From assembly GCA_964594175.1 (NCBI GenBank), contig CAZQLM010000001.1:1-33025 (forward strand): a stretch of DNA of 33,025 bases. The letters run 5' to 3'. Below the pieces are notes generated by a model that did not search any database, was not told the DNA's origin, and worked only from the letters and a program-made list of their open reading frames with translations. Positions 1-9,694 of this stretch are shown one piece after another (position 1 is the first letter of the stretch; every line of letters begins with the position of its first letter). This DNA is from an uncultured archaeon. Its GTDB lineage: Archaea > Aenigmatarchaeota > Aenigmatarchaeia > Aenigmatarchaeales > SZUA-1535. The position numbers were made by a program, and so were the translations under genes.

Positions 1-2
1 CT

Positions 3-167
3 AAGGAGATTCTGAGAAATATTACAAAGGCAAAGGATATTGTTGCTGTGTTTTACAACATAACTTTTAGGCATCCTAAAATACTTAAGGATGGAAAGGA
101 ATGTAAGGAGTGTGAGATAATAGAGTATGATAGGGAGAAAGGGGTTTTGAAGGTGAGGATAGGGTGA
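3..167 (+). CDS. 3' end of an unidentified CDS that enters from upstream (..KEILRNITKAKDIVAVFYNITFRHPKILKDGKECKECEIIEYDREKGVLKVRIG*)
   Basis: The frame is open from the window edge to TGA at 165-167. It contains a CxxC pair. It is absent from the ORF track because the start lies outside the window. The family is not recognised. Confidence 0.4.
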   Translation, partial: KEILRNITKAKDIVAVFYNITFRHPKILKDGKECKECEIIEYDREKGVLKVRIG

Positions 168-193
168 TGAAAGTTTTATTACGCTGTAATAGG

Positions 194-208
194 CGAAAAG
201 TTTAAATA
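194..208 (+). promoter_or_regulatory. Archaeal BRE/TATA promoter for the thermosome gene
   Basis: Purine-rich cgaaaag is followed by tttaaata, which matches the archaeal box A consensus TTTAWATA. It lies ~85 nt upstream of ATG 293, which has a GGAGGTG Shine-Dalgarno at 281-287. Confidence 0.5.
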
Positions 209-292
209 TACCTACATATACATAATTCTTTGAAATAATGAAATTCTTGGAAACAATCCTGATAGGAGAAATACTCAAAAGGAGGTGGTTAA

Positions 293-1933
293 ATGACAAT
301 GGCAACTCCGCAGATGGGAGGGCAGCCGATTTTAATCCTGCCTGAAGGCACGCTTCGCCAGATTGGTAAGGATGCGCAGCACAACAACATAGCAGCAGCA
401 AAAGCAGTGGCAGATGCTGTGAGAACAACTCTCGGCCCGATGGGCATGGATAAAATGCTTGTAGATAGCATAGGAGATATTGTAATAACAAATGATGGAG
501 CAACGATTCTCGATGAAATGGAAATCGAACACCCTGCAGCAAAAATGCTCGTGGAAGTGGCAAAAACACAGGAAGAGGAAGTTGGAGATGGTACAACAAC
601 AGCAGTGGTGCTTGCGGGAGAGCTTTTGAAAAATGCCGAAAAGCTTTTAGATCAGAACATACATCCGACAATGATTACAAAAGGTTTCAAGCTTGCAAAG
701 GAAGAAGCTTTGAAGTTTCTCAAAGATATCGGCAAGAAAATTTCTTCTGAAGAGGAAGAAGTTCTGAAGAAAATAGCAATGACAGCTATAACAGGAAAAT
801 CTGCTGAAAAAGCGAGTGAGCATTTGGCAGAGATAGCGGTAAAGGCTGTAAAAGCTATAATGGAAGAGGTTGACGAGAAAATAAAGATAGATACGGATAA
901 CATTCAGCTTGTTAAAAAGCAGGGCGGAAGCATAGCTGATACGGAGTTAATAAAAGGTGTGATCATAGATAAGGAGGTTGTTCACAGCGGAATGCCAAAA
1001 ATGGTTAAAGAAGCTAAAATAGCGCTCATAGACAGTCCTTTAGAAATTAAGGAAACAGAAACAGATGCGGAGATAAGAATAACATCTCCTGAGCAATTGC
1101 AAGCCTTTGTAGAGCAGGAAGAGAAAATGCTCAGGGAAATGGTAGAAAAGATAGCAGAAACAGGAGCAAATGTCGTTTTCTGTCAGAAAGGAATAGATGA
1201 TATAGCACAGCATTATTTAGCAAAGCACGGCATACTTGCTGCGAGGAGGGTGAAGAAAAGCGATATGGAAAAATTAGCAAAAGCCACAGGAGCCAGAATA
1301 GTGAGCAATATAAAGGATTTAACAGAGAAAGATCTCGGATATGCGAAAATGGTTGAAGAAAAGAAGATCGCAGGAGAGGCAATGATTTTTGTAAAGGGGT
1401 GCAAAGATCCAAAGGCTGTGAGCGTTCTCATTCGCGGAGGAACGGAACATGTTGTGGAAGAAGTAGAAAGAGCCCTTGAAGATGCTATAGGCGGTGTAGC
1501 AAGCGCGATAGAAGATGGTTATGTTGTGGCAGGAGGGGGAGCACCGGAAGAAGCTGTCGCAAACCACCTGCGCGATTACGCGCAAAAGTTCAGCGGGAGA
1601 GAGCAGCTAGCAATTCTGGCTTTTGCAGATGCGATGGAAATAATCCCAAGAACGCTTGCGGAAAATGCCGGACTAGACCCAATAGATATAGTAGCGGAGC
1701 TCAGAACAGTACACGAAAAAGGAAAGTACACATATGGAGTTGATCTCTTCTCGGGAAAAGTTGTTGATATGTGGGAAAAGGGAGTAATAGAACCTTTGAA
1801 GATAAAAACACAAGCAATCAAAAGCGCGGCTGAAGCTGCTGAAATGATTCTGCGTATAGACGATGTTATCGCAGCAAGCAAGGCAGAAAGCAAGGGAAAG
1901 GAAGCTCCTGAAGCTGGAGATTTTGAAGAATAG
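293..1933 (+). CDS. ths: Thermosome subunit (group II chaperonin, Cpn60/TCP-1 family)
   Basis: 546 aa. It has ITNDGATIL and [16 protein letters not shown] nucleotide-binding motifs and a GGGAPE motif, all typical of archaeal thermosomes. A strong SD precedes the start. Confidence 0.97.
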   Translation: MTMATPQMGGQPILILPEGTLRQIGKDAQHNNIAAAKAVADAVRTTLGPMGMDKMLVDSIGDIVITNDGATILDEMEIEHPAAKMLVEVAKTQEEEVGDGTTTAVVLAGELLKNAEKLLDQNIHPTMITKGFKLAKEEALKFLKDIGKKISSEEEEVLKKIAMTAITGKSAEKASEHLAEIAVKAVKAIMEEVDEKIKIDTDNIQLVKKQGGSIADTELIKGVIIDKEVVHSGMPKMVKEAKIALIDSPLEIKETETDAEIRITSPEQLQAFVEQEEKMLREMVEKIAETGANVVFCQKGIDDIAQHYLAKHGILAARRVKKSDMEKLAKATGARIVSNIKDLTEKDLGYAKMVEEKKIAGEAMIFVKGCKDPKAVSVLIRGGTEHVVEEVERALEDAIGGVASAIEDGYVVAGGGAPEEAVANHLRDYAQKFSGREQLAILAFADAMEIIPRTLAENAGLDPIDIVAELRTVHEKGKYTYGVDLFSGKVVDMWEKGVIEPLKIKTQAIKSAAEAAEMILRIDDVIAASKAESKGKEAPEAGDFEE

Positions 1934-1987
1934 GGGTAATTTTGCGTTTTTATTATTTTTATATTTTCCGAGAAACAATAATGTTAT

Positions 1988-2407
1988 ATGAAATCGCAAG
2001 TACTAACGGTAGAGAATGTTCTTTTTTTCTCTTTAGGGATAATGATGGTTCTTATTGTTTATAATATGTTCGTTTCGATTTCCAATGAAATAGAAAAAGA
2101 AACAGTAGAAAAGGGTATGGAAAAACTTGCCACATATCTTTCTTATGAAATTAACAGAATTTATCAGATAGGAAACAAAACAAATTCTACTATCTCACTT
2201 ACGATTTCACTGCCAATTCAAATTTCAAAAAAATACTATTTTTTAAAAGAAGGTGATAATTGTCTATATCTTTTCGTACCGGAATACGGATTCAGAACCA
2301 ACTTAACTTTATATGGAATCAACGCAAAAATTAGAACAAAATACATACCATCTTCCAAGAGATTCATAACAATAAAATATTCGAAAGGAAGGGTGGAAAT
2401 TGGATGA
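1988..2407 (+). CDS. Small N-terminally anchored protein, candidate class III (type IV pilin-like) signal peptide
   Basis: 139 aa. The N-terminus MKSQVLTVENVLFFSLGIMMVLIVY has a short basic leader, then Q, an acidic residue, and a ~20-residue hydrophobic helix. It is the first gene of the pilus-type operon, and its stop overlaps the ATPase start (ATGA). Confidence 0.55.
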   Translation: MKSQVLTVENVLFFSLGIMMVLIVYNMFVSISNEIEKETVEKGMEKLATYLSYEINRIYQIGNKTNSTISLTISLPIQISKKYYFLKEGDNCLYLFVPEYGFRTNLTLYGINAKIRTKYIPSSKRFITIKYSKGRVEIG

Positions 2408-4176
2408 ATGCGCTTAACATACTGTTGCTAAGAGCTATTTTGGGTGCGAGGAAAAGGGGATATGAATTTAAAAAGAAAAGAAAAAAAGAAACGGCTTTGG
2501 AAATTCCTTTTGAAAAACCTCTTCCTCCTTCTTTACCTTTTCCGCCATCGAAGGAAATTAAATTAAAAGTAGAGCCAGAGATTGTAGGAAGGGTTAAAAG
2601 AATAAAAGTTGAAGAGGGGCTGGATTTAAGCAAAATAAAAGAATACAGATTTTACTATCCAAGAGAAACAGTTGATTTGAGAAGAATAGATATTAGATAT
2701 CCCCTCATACCAAGAAAACCGAAAAGAGGAGAAAGGGTATTTGCGTATGCGTGGATAAGATGGTCTTCGAGGGATTCTGCTCTTGTTTATTACGTGATAG
2801 AACCTCAGCTTTCCAACGAAGAAAAACACTTACTTGAGAGAGTGAAAAAAATTATAACAGAAAAACTTGATGTAGAATTTACTGCTCTGAAAAAGGAGGA
2901 AGCAAAGGAATACCTGAAAAAAAGATTCAGGGAAATAGTTTCTGATGTGGCTCCGTACCTTTCTGAAGAAAAAAAAGAGGAATTTCTTTACTATATCGAA
3001 AGAGATTTTCTAGGTTTAGAGCGTATAGAACCGCTGATGCAAGACCCTAACATAGAAGACATTTCCTGTGACGGTGTTGGAATACCAATTTTTGTCAACC
3101 ACCGCGACCCGGTAATAGGGACTGTAAGAACAAATATAGTTTTCGCATCTTCTCAGGAGCTCGACAGATTCGTGCACAAACTTGCACAGAGATGCGGAAA
3201 AATGATATCTGTTGCAAAACCATTACTCGATGCTACATTGCCAGATGGCTCAAGATTGCAAGCAACTCTCGGAACTGATATAGCGAGGAAGGGTAGCAAC
3301 TTTACGATAAGAAAATTTCCAGAAGAACCTTTAACACCGGCAATACTAATAAAATACGGAACGATAGATGCGAAGCTTATGGCTTATCTGTGGTTTCTTG
3401 TCGAGCATAGAAGGTCTCTGCTGATAGGTGGGGGTACAGCAACAGGAAAAACAACACTGCTAAATGCCCTTTCCCTTTTCATACCTCCAGATGCCAAAGT
3501 AGTGACTATAGAGGATACAGCAGAACTTCGCTTGCCACATCCTCACTGGGTTCCTCATGTTGCGAGAAAACCGATAGCGGAAATCGGAGGTAAAAAGCTA
3601 GGTGAGGTTGACATGTTTGATCTTGTTGTAGAATCTCTAAGACAAAGACCGGATTATATCATTGTAGGAGAGGTTAGAGGAAAGGAAGCTTATGTTCTCT
3701 TTCAGGAAATGGCCACGGGCCATGCTGGTCTGGCAACTATTCATGCTGATACAATAGAAAAGCTTCTTGATAGGCTTACAACACCCCCGATCTCTCTTCC
3801 AGAGGGTTTGATAGAAATTCTCGATGCTATAGTTTTTCTTTCAAGAATAAAGAGAGGAAGAAGCTATATAAGAAGGATTACGGGAATTCATGAAGTGGTG
3901 GGATATGATAAAGCGAAAGAAATGCCGATTATAAATACACTTTTCGAATGGGATGCAAATAGCGATACTTTTGTGCAAACAAGCAAGAGCATAGCTCTCA
4001 AGCGTATCTCAGAGCAATTTGGTCTTGACGAGAAAAAAATTTACTTCGACATTTCAAAGAAAATAAAGGTTCTCGAATGGGCTGTAGAAAAGGGCTATAC
4101 AGGCTACAAAATGTTTTCATATATAATAAATCTCTACTACACGCAAAAAGAAAGACTTTTCGACATTATAGGGTGA
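2404..4176 (+). CDS. Type II/IV secretion-family ATPase (FlaI/ArlI, EpdL, TadA-like)
   Basis: 590 aa. Walker A is GGGTATGKTT, followed by IEDTAEL, a Walker B-like DYIIVGEVRG and an ATGHAG His box. This arrangement is typical of GspE/VirB11/FlaI ATPases. Confidence 0.93.
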   Translation: MNALNILLLRAILGARKRGYEFKKKRKKETALEIPFEKPLPPSLPFPPSKEIKLKVEPEIVGRVKRIKVEEGLDLSKIKEYRFYYPRETVDLRRIDIRYPLIPRKPKRGERVFAYAWIRWSSRDSALVYYVIEPQLSNEEKHLLERVKKIITEKLDVEFTALKKEEAKEYLKKRFREIVSDVAPYLSEEKKEEFLYYIERDFLGLERIEPLMQDPNIEDISCDGVGIPIFVNHRDPVIGTVRTNIVFASSQELDRFVHKLAQRCGKMISVAKPLLDATLPDGSRLQATLGTDIARKGSNFTIRKFPEEPLTPAILIKYGTIDAKLMAYLWFLVEHRRSLLIGGGTATGKTTLLNALSLFIPPDAKVVTIEDTAELRLPHPHWVPHVARKPIAEIGGKKLGEVDMFDLVVESLRQRPDYIIVGEVRGKEAYVLFQEMATGHAGLATIHADTIEKLLDRLTTPPISLPEGLIEILDAIVFLSRIKRGRSYIRRITGIHEVVGYDKAKEMPIINTLFEWDANSDTFVQTSKSIALKRISEQFGLDEKKIYFDISKKIKVLEWAVEKGYTGYKMFSYIINLYYTQKERLFDIIG

Positions 4177-4181
4177 TATAT

Positions 4182-5048
4182 TTGTGGGAAGTGTTTAAAA
4201 AAGCGGCTTTCAAAGTTTTCGGAAAATCTCTGGATCCTGTTATTGATTATTTTGAAAATCTAAGACCTGATATAGAAAAATCTGGAATACCGCTTTCTTT
4301 AGAGGAATACGTCTACGTGATGTTTTTCTGTACGCTTCTTGTTTTTCTGATTGAATTTCCCTTATTTTCATTTATTGGTGGTATTTTCTTTCCTCCACTC
4401 TTCGCTTTTTTTCTTTCACTCACAACAGCTCTTGTGCTTTCCATGATAGTGTTTTTCTTCTTTTATGTGTATCCTGCATTCCTAACAAAAAGAAGGGTAA
4501 AAAAGATAGAAGCCTCTCTCCCATTCATTTCTCTTTACCTCTCTTCTCTAACAGCAAGTGGCATACCGCCTGTCGCTATGTTTAAGCTTCTCTCAGGTTT
4601 CAAAGAATATGAAGAAATATCCAAAGAAGCAAAAAAAATATGGCGAGACATGGATTATTTCGGAATGAGTTTTGATCAAGCGATAAGAAGGGCTGCAATG
4701 AGAACTCCGTCTAAAGAGTTTAAAGAAATGCTTCTTGGTTTGCTTGCTGTAGCAACGTCTGGTACAGATATATCAAAGTACTTCAAGGAAAAATCACGCG
4801 AGTTTATGAATGAGCACAGAAGAAGATTGGAAGCATATTCTCGAATACTGACAATTTTGGTAGAAATATACTTGACTTTAATTACAGTCGGATCGATATT
4901 TTTTATAGTCCTTACCGTCGTAATGTCAACCTTCGGAACATCGTCTCTGTTCTTAATATTTTTGCAGTTCTTGGTTGTTTTCATATTTTTACCATTAATT
5001 TCTATAGGTTTCATGATTTTATTCAAACTCCTTGAACCGGGGATGTGA
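4182..5048 (+). CDS. TadB/TadC-, FlaJ-like polytopic membrane protein (single T2SSF-type domain), copy 1
   Basis: It has hydrophobic N- and C-terminal helices flanking a soluble helical domain (..EISKEAKKIWRDMDYFGMSFDQAIRRAA..), as in T2SSF/FlaJ halves. I chose start TTG 4182 because GGGTGAT (SD-like) lies 5-6 nt upstream. The longer ATG 4077 would overlap the ATPase by 100 nt. Confidence 0.8.
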   Translation: MWEVFKKAAFKVFGKSLDPVIDYFENLRPDIEKSGIPLSLEEYVYVMFFCTLLVFLIEFPLFSFIGGIFFPPLFAFFLSLTTALVLSMIVFFFFYVYPAFLTKRRVKKIEASLPFISLYLSSLTASGIPPVAMFKLLSGFKEYEEISKEAKKIWRDMDYFGMSFDQAIRRAAMRTPSKEFKEMLLGLLAVATSGTDISKYFKEKSREFMNEHRRRLEAYSRILTILVEIYLTLITVGSIFFIVLTVVMSTFGTSSLFLIFLQFLVVFIFLPLISIGFMILFKLLEPGM

Positions 5049-5981
5049 ATGAAAGGGAAAAAACTTGAGGTATCCGTTGAAAATATCCTTGCATTGGTAG
5101 GTGTATCGATACTGATTGTTGGTGGAATTCTTTCCTATAAAGATATAGGAATCTTCGGGAATTTCATTTTATTATCTCTCCTATTCATCGTTTTTCCGAG
5201 AGTAATTATAGCATTTTTCAAATATCAGAGAATAAAAGTATTCGAAGAAATTTTTCCAGTATTTCTTCAGGATCTTGCGGAATGGCAAAAGTCAGGACTC
5301 ACCTTTCAAGAAGCTTTAAGAAACGCCTCCCACACAAATTACGGAAAACTAACAGGTGAGATAAAAAAGATTGTGGCACAAATTTCTTGGGGTGTTTCCG
5401 TTCAAGATGCGTTGAGAAGCTTCGCAGAAAGAGTTAACTCTAATATGATAAGAAAGGCAGTAGAAATAATAATAGAATCCTACGAGTCTGGAGGAAATCT
5501 ACAGGAAACACTCGAAGCGCTTGCAAAAGATATTTATTCATTGAAGGAAATTGATAGACAGAGACAGAGCGTAATGTCTCAGCATATAGTTACGATGTAT
5601 ATAATTTATTTTGTGTTCCTCGGAATTTCAACAGGGCTTCTGAAAACTATAGTACCCTTAACATCTTCGATGGGTCCGATGGAAGGTGGAACTCTTTTTT
5701 TCCAAGATCCGTGTGCACAATGCAAAGAAACCCATGCAATGGAGTGTATCTCATGCACAGTATTTCTTGGAGTTGCCAAAATGTTTTTTCTTGGTTCCGG
5801 TAGCATAGGTTATTACCGTGGCCTGTTTTTTTCGATGCTTGCGATAGAGGGTATTCTCGCTGGTCTTATATGCGGGCAAATAGGAGAGAAATCGATTAAA
5901 GGAGGTATCAAGCATAGTATAATTCTAACACTTTTAGGACTCGGAATATTCATGATAATAATAAGAGTTGGTGTTGTATGA
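5049..5981 (+). CDS. TadB/TadC-, FlaJ-like polytopic membrane protein (T2SSF-type domain), copy 2, with a Cys4 loop
   Basis: 310 aa. The soluble domain ..WQKSGLTFQEALRNAS..ISWGVSVQDALRSFAERV.. resembles the T2SSF fold signature. Several TM segments are present. The start abuts the stop of the previous gene (TGAATG). Confidence 0.8.
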   Translation: MKGKKLEVSVENILALVGVSILIVGGILSYKDIGIFGNFILLSLLFIVFPRVIIAFFKYQRIKVFEEIFPVFLQDLAEWQKSGLTFQEALRNASHTNYGKLTGEIKKIVAQISWGVSVQDALRSFAERVNSNMIRKAVEIIIESYESGGNLQETLEALAKDIYSLKEIDRQRQSVMSQHIVTMYIIYFVFLGISTGLLKTIVPLTSSMGPMEGGTLFFQDPCAQCKETHAMECISCTVFLGVAKMFFLGSGSIGYYRGLFFSMLAIEGILAGLICGQIGEKSIKGGIKHSIILTLLGLGIFMIIIRVGVV

Positions 5982-6442
5982 AGGCGCAAACGAAAGTAAG
6001 CTTTTTGATAACTTCATTTATTTTTATGGTTTTCATAGCATTTTTTTCCCTTTACTTCTCAGATGCGCTTACATCTATTGTTTACGAGGCCAAATTACAG
6101 AACGCTGAACTAAAAGCAGAACTTATAGCAGATATTCTTGTAAGAGAAAAAGGACTGCCTCAGAATTGGGAGAGCAATCCTTTCTCCGCTCCGTTGCGAT
6201 TGGGTCTTTCGAATGGCACTTCTCACATTCTTGATTCTGGAAAACTTTCTGTGCTCAATTCCCACTGCGAGCTTTTCGAGAAATCATTCGGAATCCTTAA
6301 TTATAGAGTACTCGTTATAGACGAGGATGGTGCGATTAGACTTGAATGCGGTGGCAAAGGTGGAGCAAAGGCTTATGTTGAAAAAACTGTCGTGTTAGAT
6401 GACGGGAAAAAAGCTATCCTTTCTCTCGAAATATGGTGGTGA
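5978..6442 (+). CDS. Small N-terminally anchored protein, candidate pilin-like
   Basis: 154 aa. The N-terminus MKAQTKVSFLITSFIFMVFIAFFSLYF has a short basic leader plus a hydrophobic helix. There is a 4-nt start/stop overlap with the upstream gene. Confidence 0.55.
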   Translation: MKAQTKVSFLITSFIFMVFIAFFSLYFSDALTSIVYEAKLQNAELKAELIADILVREKGLPQNWESNPFSAPLRLGLSNGTSHILDSGKLSVLNSHCELFEKSFGILNYRVLVIDEDGAIRLECGGKGGAKAYVEKTVVLDDGKKAILSLEIWW

Positions 6443-7668
6443 GTATGCAAAAGAGAAAAGCATTCACACATTTCATCGAAGTTTCATTTGCAATATTGAT
6501 TTTTACGATCTCCATCCTCACATCCCTTTCAGCGATAGATATAAAAACATCATTTTCATCGCACAGGCTAGTAACCACAGGAATTTCTCTTGCGGAAGTT
6601 TTGAGAAATACATATAAGCTTGAAAAAATATTTTCATCGCCTGAAGAATTCCAAACGGAAATAGAATATTATGTTCCGAAAAACATGTATTACGGTATTG
6701 AAATTACTGGAGCGCCGAAGTTTGTAATAAAAGTAGGCTGTGCAAACTGCTCTGGAAGAGCGTATCTTTTTCTAAAATCATTGCTTACACCTGTATATTA
6801 CAACAACAGGTGGGTGAATTTCACTGTTGAGATATTCGATTTTACAAGTATTTCTGATGCTCGGGAATTTGATTCGATAATTTTTGTTAATTTTTCAAAT
6901 TTTGACAATAACCCTTTAATACAGGAGTACCTTTCAAAAGGAGGGAGGCTAATTGCAATAAACGACATAAACTCAACGATTTTCAGTAATATGGATGAAA
7001 CATTCGCTCTTTCTCTCTCGGCAGGGGCTTCTACTTATCTTAATTTTTCATCATATCCTCAAAATCCAAAAATAGCAAAGTACTTTATCGCTTCTGGATT
7101 TGACGTAGCTGCTACTAATGCAATTAACGGCAAGAAAAATGGAAAATGGAAAATATGGGGAAATGCAAAGGATGTGAACATAACTTCTTCCCTTCAAGTG
7201 GAGATAGAGGGAGTGGGGGCACTTAAAGAGGGTGATGTATTTTGTCTTAACGGTAATAGTGAAAATCCCTCATTACCAAACGAGAATTTTTGCTTCAAAA
7301 TAAGAAAAGTATTTCCAGAACTTTTGTTCATTCAACCCTTGAATTCTTCCTTTCCTTTTCTTGATTTTTCTGACTCTGTAAAGGTAAGGGGGAGTGAAAA
7401 GGAAGGAAATATACTTTCTTCACATTCACAGAGCTACTCGCTCGTAATAATTAATAAAACGAGTTCCAGAGCAGTTTGGATTTCCTACTTTCCGCAATCA
7501 AGCGAGTACAGAGCCCTTCTTAAAGGTGTTATAATGGCAATGAACACAGAATTTATTATGAAAACGTTTCTCGGTAGCGAGGGAATAGAAATACCAATAT
7601 TTTACGAAACTTGCTGCGATATTCCAGAAACAGTAAAAATTCTGCTTAAGCTTGGTTATAAGTATTAG
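6433..7668 (+). CDS. Large N-terminally anchored extracellular protein, candidate pilus-associated or pilin-like
   Basis: 411 aa. The N-terminus ..MQKRKAFTHFIEVSFAILIFTISILTSL is class III signal-like. The alternative start ATG 6445 gives a shorter leader. The body is Asn/Ser-rich with several N-x-S/T sequons. It is the last gene of the operon. Confidence 0.6.
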   Translation: MVVSMQKRKAFTHFIEVSFAILIFTISILTSLSAIDIKTSFSSHRLVTTGISLAEVLRNTYKLEKIFSSPEEFQTEIEYYVPKNMYYGIEITGAPKFVIKVGCANCSGRAYLFLKSLLTPVYYNNRWVNFTVEIFDFTSISDAREFDSIIFVNFSNFDNNPLIQEYLSKGGRLIAINDINSTIFSNMDETFALSLSAGASTYLNFSSYPQNPKIAKYFIASGFDVAATNAINGKKNGKWKIWGNAKDVNITSSLQVEIEGVGALKEGDVFCLNGNSENPSLPNENFCFKIRKVFPELLFIQPLNSSFPFLDFSDSVKVRGSEKEGNILSSHSQSYSLVIINKTSSRAVWISYFPQSSEYRALLKGVIMAMNTEFIMKTFLGSEGIEIPIFYETCCDIPETVKILLKLGYKY

Positions 7669-8852
7669 CCGTGTTTTTTCTCATGTATTAAAATACCTAT
7701 TGTGGAAATAACAACAGTAAATACTATAACCCCGAAAATTGTTTGTGTTATAAACAATGTGTTTGGAATTCTTACGGAAACTATGCTTGCCAATACAGCT
7801 GTAGCAAGACCGCGAGGGTAAAGAAAAGTCATCAAAATTTTTTCCTTTCTATCAACCTTATTTAAAAGAGAAAAAAAGAAAACGCATACATATCTTGCAA
7901 GAAGAAGAACAAGAGCAATGGCAAATGCTGTATAAACTGGTTTTAACTCGTAAATCTCGGTACTCATTCCTATTGTGGTGAAGAAGAATGTTTTTATGAA
8001 AAATGTGATATATGAATTTAACTGTTTCAAATCTTTAGAAAGACCTTTGAATACATGCTTCAATCTGAGCATTTGTCTTATTTTTCTCATATTTCCAAGG
8101 ACTAGGCCTATGAAGAAAACGCTTATCGCTCCGTTTCCTCCTGATAAATCAGAAGCTACAAACATGAAAAAAAGAAAGGCAAGAGTTAACATGTAATGAA
8201 ATTCGAATTTCTCAAATTTATGCCAAATGAAACCCCAAAATATACCTGCGGCAAAACCTAATACGAGAGATGTGGAAAACATGTGAAGCACATCTATGAA
8301 AAGCTCGCGTGGATCTATTAGAGAAATGGATGAAGCACGGAGAAGAACAAGAGCAACTATTATCACAAGAGGATCAGTGAGAATAGATTCCAACTTAAGA
8401 ATAAGCGATATATCCTTTCTCAAACTTTTTAGGAGTTCGATCAATGGAGAAACTATTGCTGAGCTGCTTCCGCTGATTATTGCTGAAAGAATTAGTGCAT
8501 GTACTAGCTTTAGACCAGCTGCGTAGAGCAGGAAAATGGAAACAAAGGAAAATGATAGCAGGAAACTTAGCAAAGTAAGAACCAAAGCGTGTGGAGATTC
8601 CCTAACAAGCCTATAAATATCTATTCTCGATCCGCTATCGAAGAGTATGAGCATCAATGCCAACGCTGAGAAAAGCGGAAGAAGCGCGGCGACTGTTTTT
8701 GGATTTATTATTTTGAACACGGGCCCTATAAGAAAACCAAGAAACACGAGCCAGAGCACGTCTGGAATTTTTGTTTTTTTGAAAAAATAATTTGCAAAAA
8801 AACCAATTGTTATAATTGCTCCTGTCAAAACAAAAATTACATAGATGTCCAT
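7665..8852 (-). CDS. Cation:proton antiporter (Na+/H+ exchanger, CPA1/NhaP-like)
   Basis: 395 aa, hydrophobic throughout with ~11-12 helices. Sequence character matches Na+/H+ exchanger family proteins (..MLILFDSGSRID.., ..LESILTDPLVIIVALVLL..). The family call is from memory. Confidence 0.8.
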   Translation of the reverse strand: MDIYVIFVLTGAIITIGFFANYFFKKTKIPDVLWLVFLGFLIGPVFKIINPKTVAALLPLFSALALMLILFDSGSRIDIYRLVRESPHALVLTLLSFLLSFSFVSIFLLYAAGLKLVHALILSAIISGSSSAIVSPLIELLKSLRKDISLILKLESILTDPLVIIVALVLLRASSISLIDPRELFIDVLHMFSTSLVLGFAAGIFWGFIWHKFEKFEFHYMLTLAFLFFMFVASDLSGGNGAISVFFIGLVLGNMRKIRQMLRLKHVFKGLSKDLKQLNSYITFFIKTFFFTTIGMSTEIYELKPVYTAFAIALVLLLARYVCVFFFSLLNKVDRKEKILMTFLYPRGLATAVLASIVSVRIPNTLFITQTIFGVIVFTVVISTIGILIHEKKHG

Positions 8853-8887
8853 ATTAATACTGGGTGAAATATTTTAAAAAACTTATC

Positions 8888-9658
8888 TTACCTTATTTCT
8901 CCAGCATCTTCCCACCATTTTTCAAAATTCTCCTTAAAATCGTTTTCGCAATTCAAAAAGAAGAAACCTTTTATTTCCTTATCCATAGTTTCAACAACAA
9001 CTCCGTATTTTTCGTCAGAAACCATTATAAAAGGATATATAATCTCATAAGTATATCTAATCTGGAAACCTATTTTTTCGAGAAATCTTGCCTTTTCCTC
9101 CGGGAGTTCGCAGGCCAACCATCGCATTTCCACATTTCTTTCCTCGCATCTTCTCCACGCATCAAGAACAACAAAATCTTCTGGAACAAAATCAGCTATC
9201 ACACAAAGCTCTTTTTTTGCTACATCAGCTACATAAGCGCATACGAGCTCGAAATCTTCAGAAAATTTTCTTATTCTCGGTTTTTCTGAAACAGCACGTG
9301 AAACTATTAACCTTTCGTAGAATTTTTGAGCAGTAGTAAGTGCAGCTTTCCTTTCCAAATACTCGCTTGTTATTAAAGCTATTATTCTCGGAAATGGATT
9401 AACACGGGAAAGCCAGAAAAGTTTTTGCTTTTCTTCTTCAAAATCCACTATACCAAGCTTTGCTAGATTATAAAGGTATTTATAAGCATTTGTCACGTTT
9501 AGTCCTGCTTTTCTCGCTATCTCGCTTGCAGTATTTTTTACTTTTCCCATGCTTTCCAGCTCGAGCATTGCAGAAATAACGTTAACTTCGACTTTATCAA
9601 AGAATTTTGAACGCTTCAACATTTCAGTGATTTTTCCGTAATTTTCGAAATAAAACAT
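8888..9658 (-). CDS. TrmB-family transcriptional regulator
   Basis: 256 aa. It has an N-terminal winged HTH (..TASEIARKAGLNVTNAYKYLYNLAKLGIV..) typical of TrmB, followed by a C-terminal effector-like domain. Confidence 0.75.
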   Translation of the reverse strand: MFYFENYGKITEMLKRSKFFDKVEVNVISAMLELESMGKVKNTASEIARKAGLNVTNAYKYLYNLAKLGIVDFEEEKQKLFWLSRVNPFPRIIALITSEYLERKAALTTAQKFYERLIVSRAVSEKPRIRKFSEDFELVCAYVADVAKKELCVIADFVPEDFVVLDAWRRCEERNVEMRWLACELPEEKARFLEKIGFQIRYTYEIIYPFIMVSDEKYGVVVETMDKEIKGFFFLNCENDFKENFEKWWEDAGEIR

Positions 9659-9682
9659 AAAAATGATTTGTTGGAAAAAATT

Positions 9683-9694
9683 TTTAAGCTTAAA
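9683..9694. promoter_or_regulatory. AT-rich palindrome (TTTAAGCTTAAA) in a 53-nt divergent intergenic region; probable shared TATA or operator region
   Basis: This is a perfect 12-bp palindrome next to an A6T5 run. The midpoint between the divergent start codons 9658 (-) and 9712 (+) is 9685, about 27 nt from each. That fits leaderless transcripts on both strands. Confidence 0.3.

Noticed and set aside
164-263. A C-box-like GTGATGA at 164-170 with CTGA-like sequences downstream; a possible second C/D sRNA.
   Set aside because: The D'-like box is CTGT, the nearest CTGA is ~90 nt away, no C' box is present and there is no terminal stem. The GTGATGA simply spans the stop codon of the upstream CDS.
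4077-4181. The long version of the first TadC-like ORF, starting at ATG 4077.
   Set aside because: It would overlap the ATPase gene by 100 nt in another frame. TTG 4182, preceded by GGGTGAT, fits the tight operon layout.
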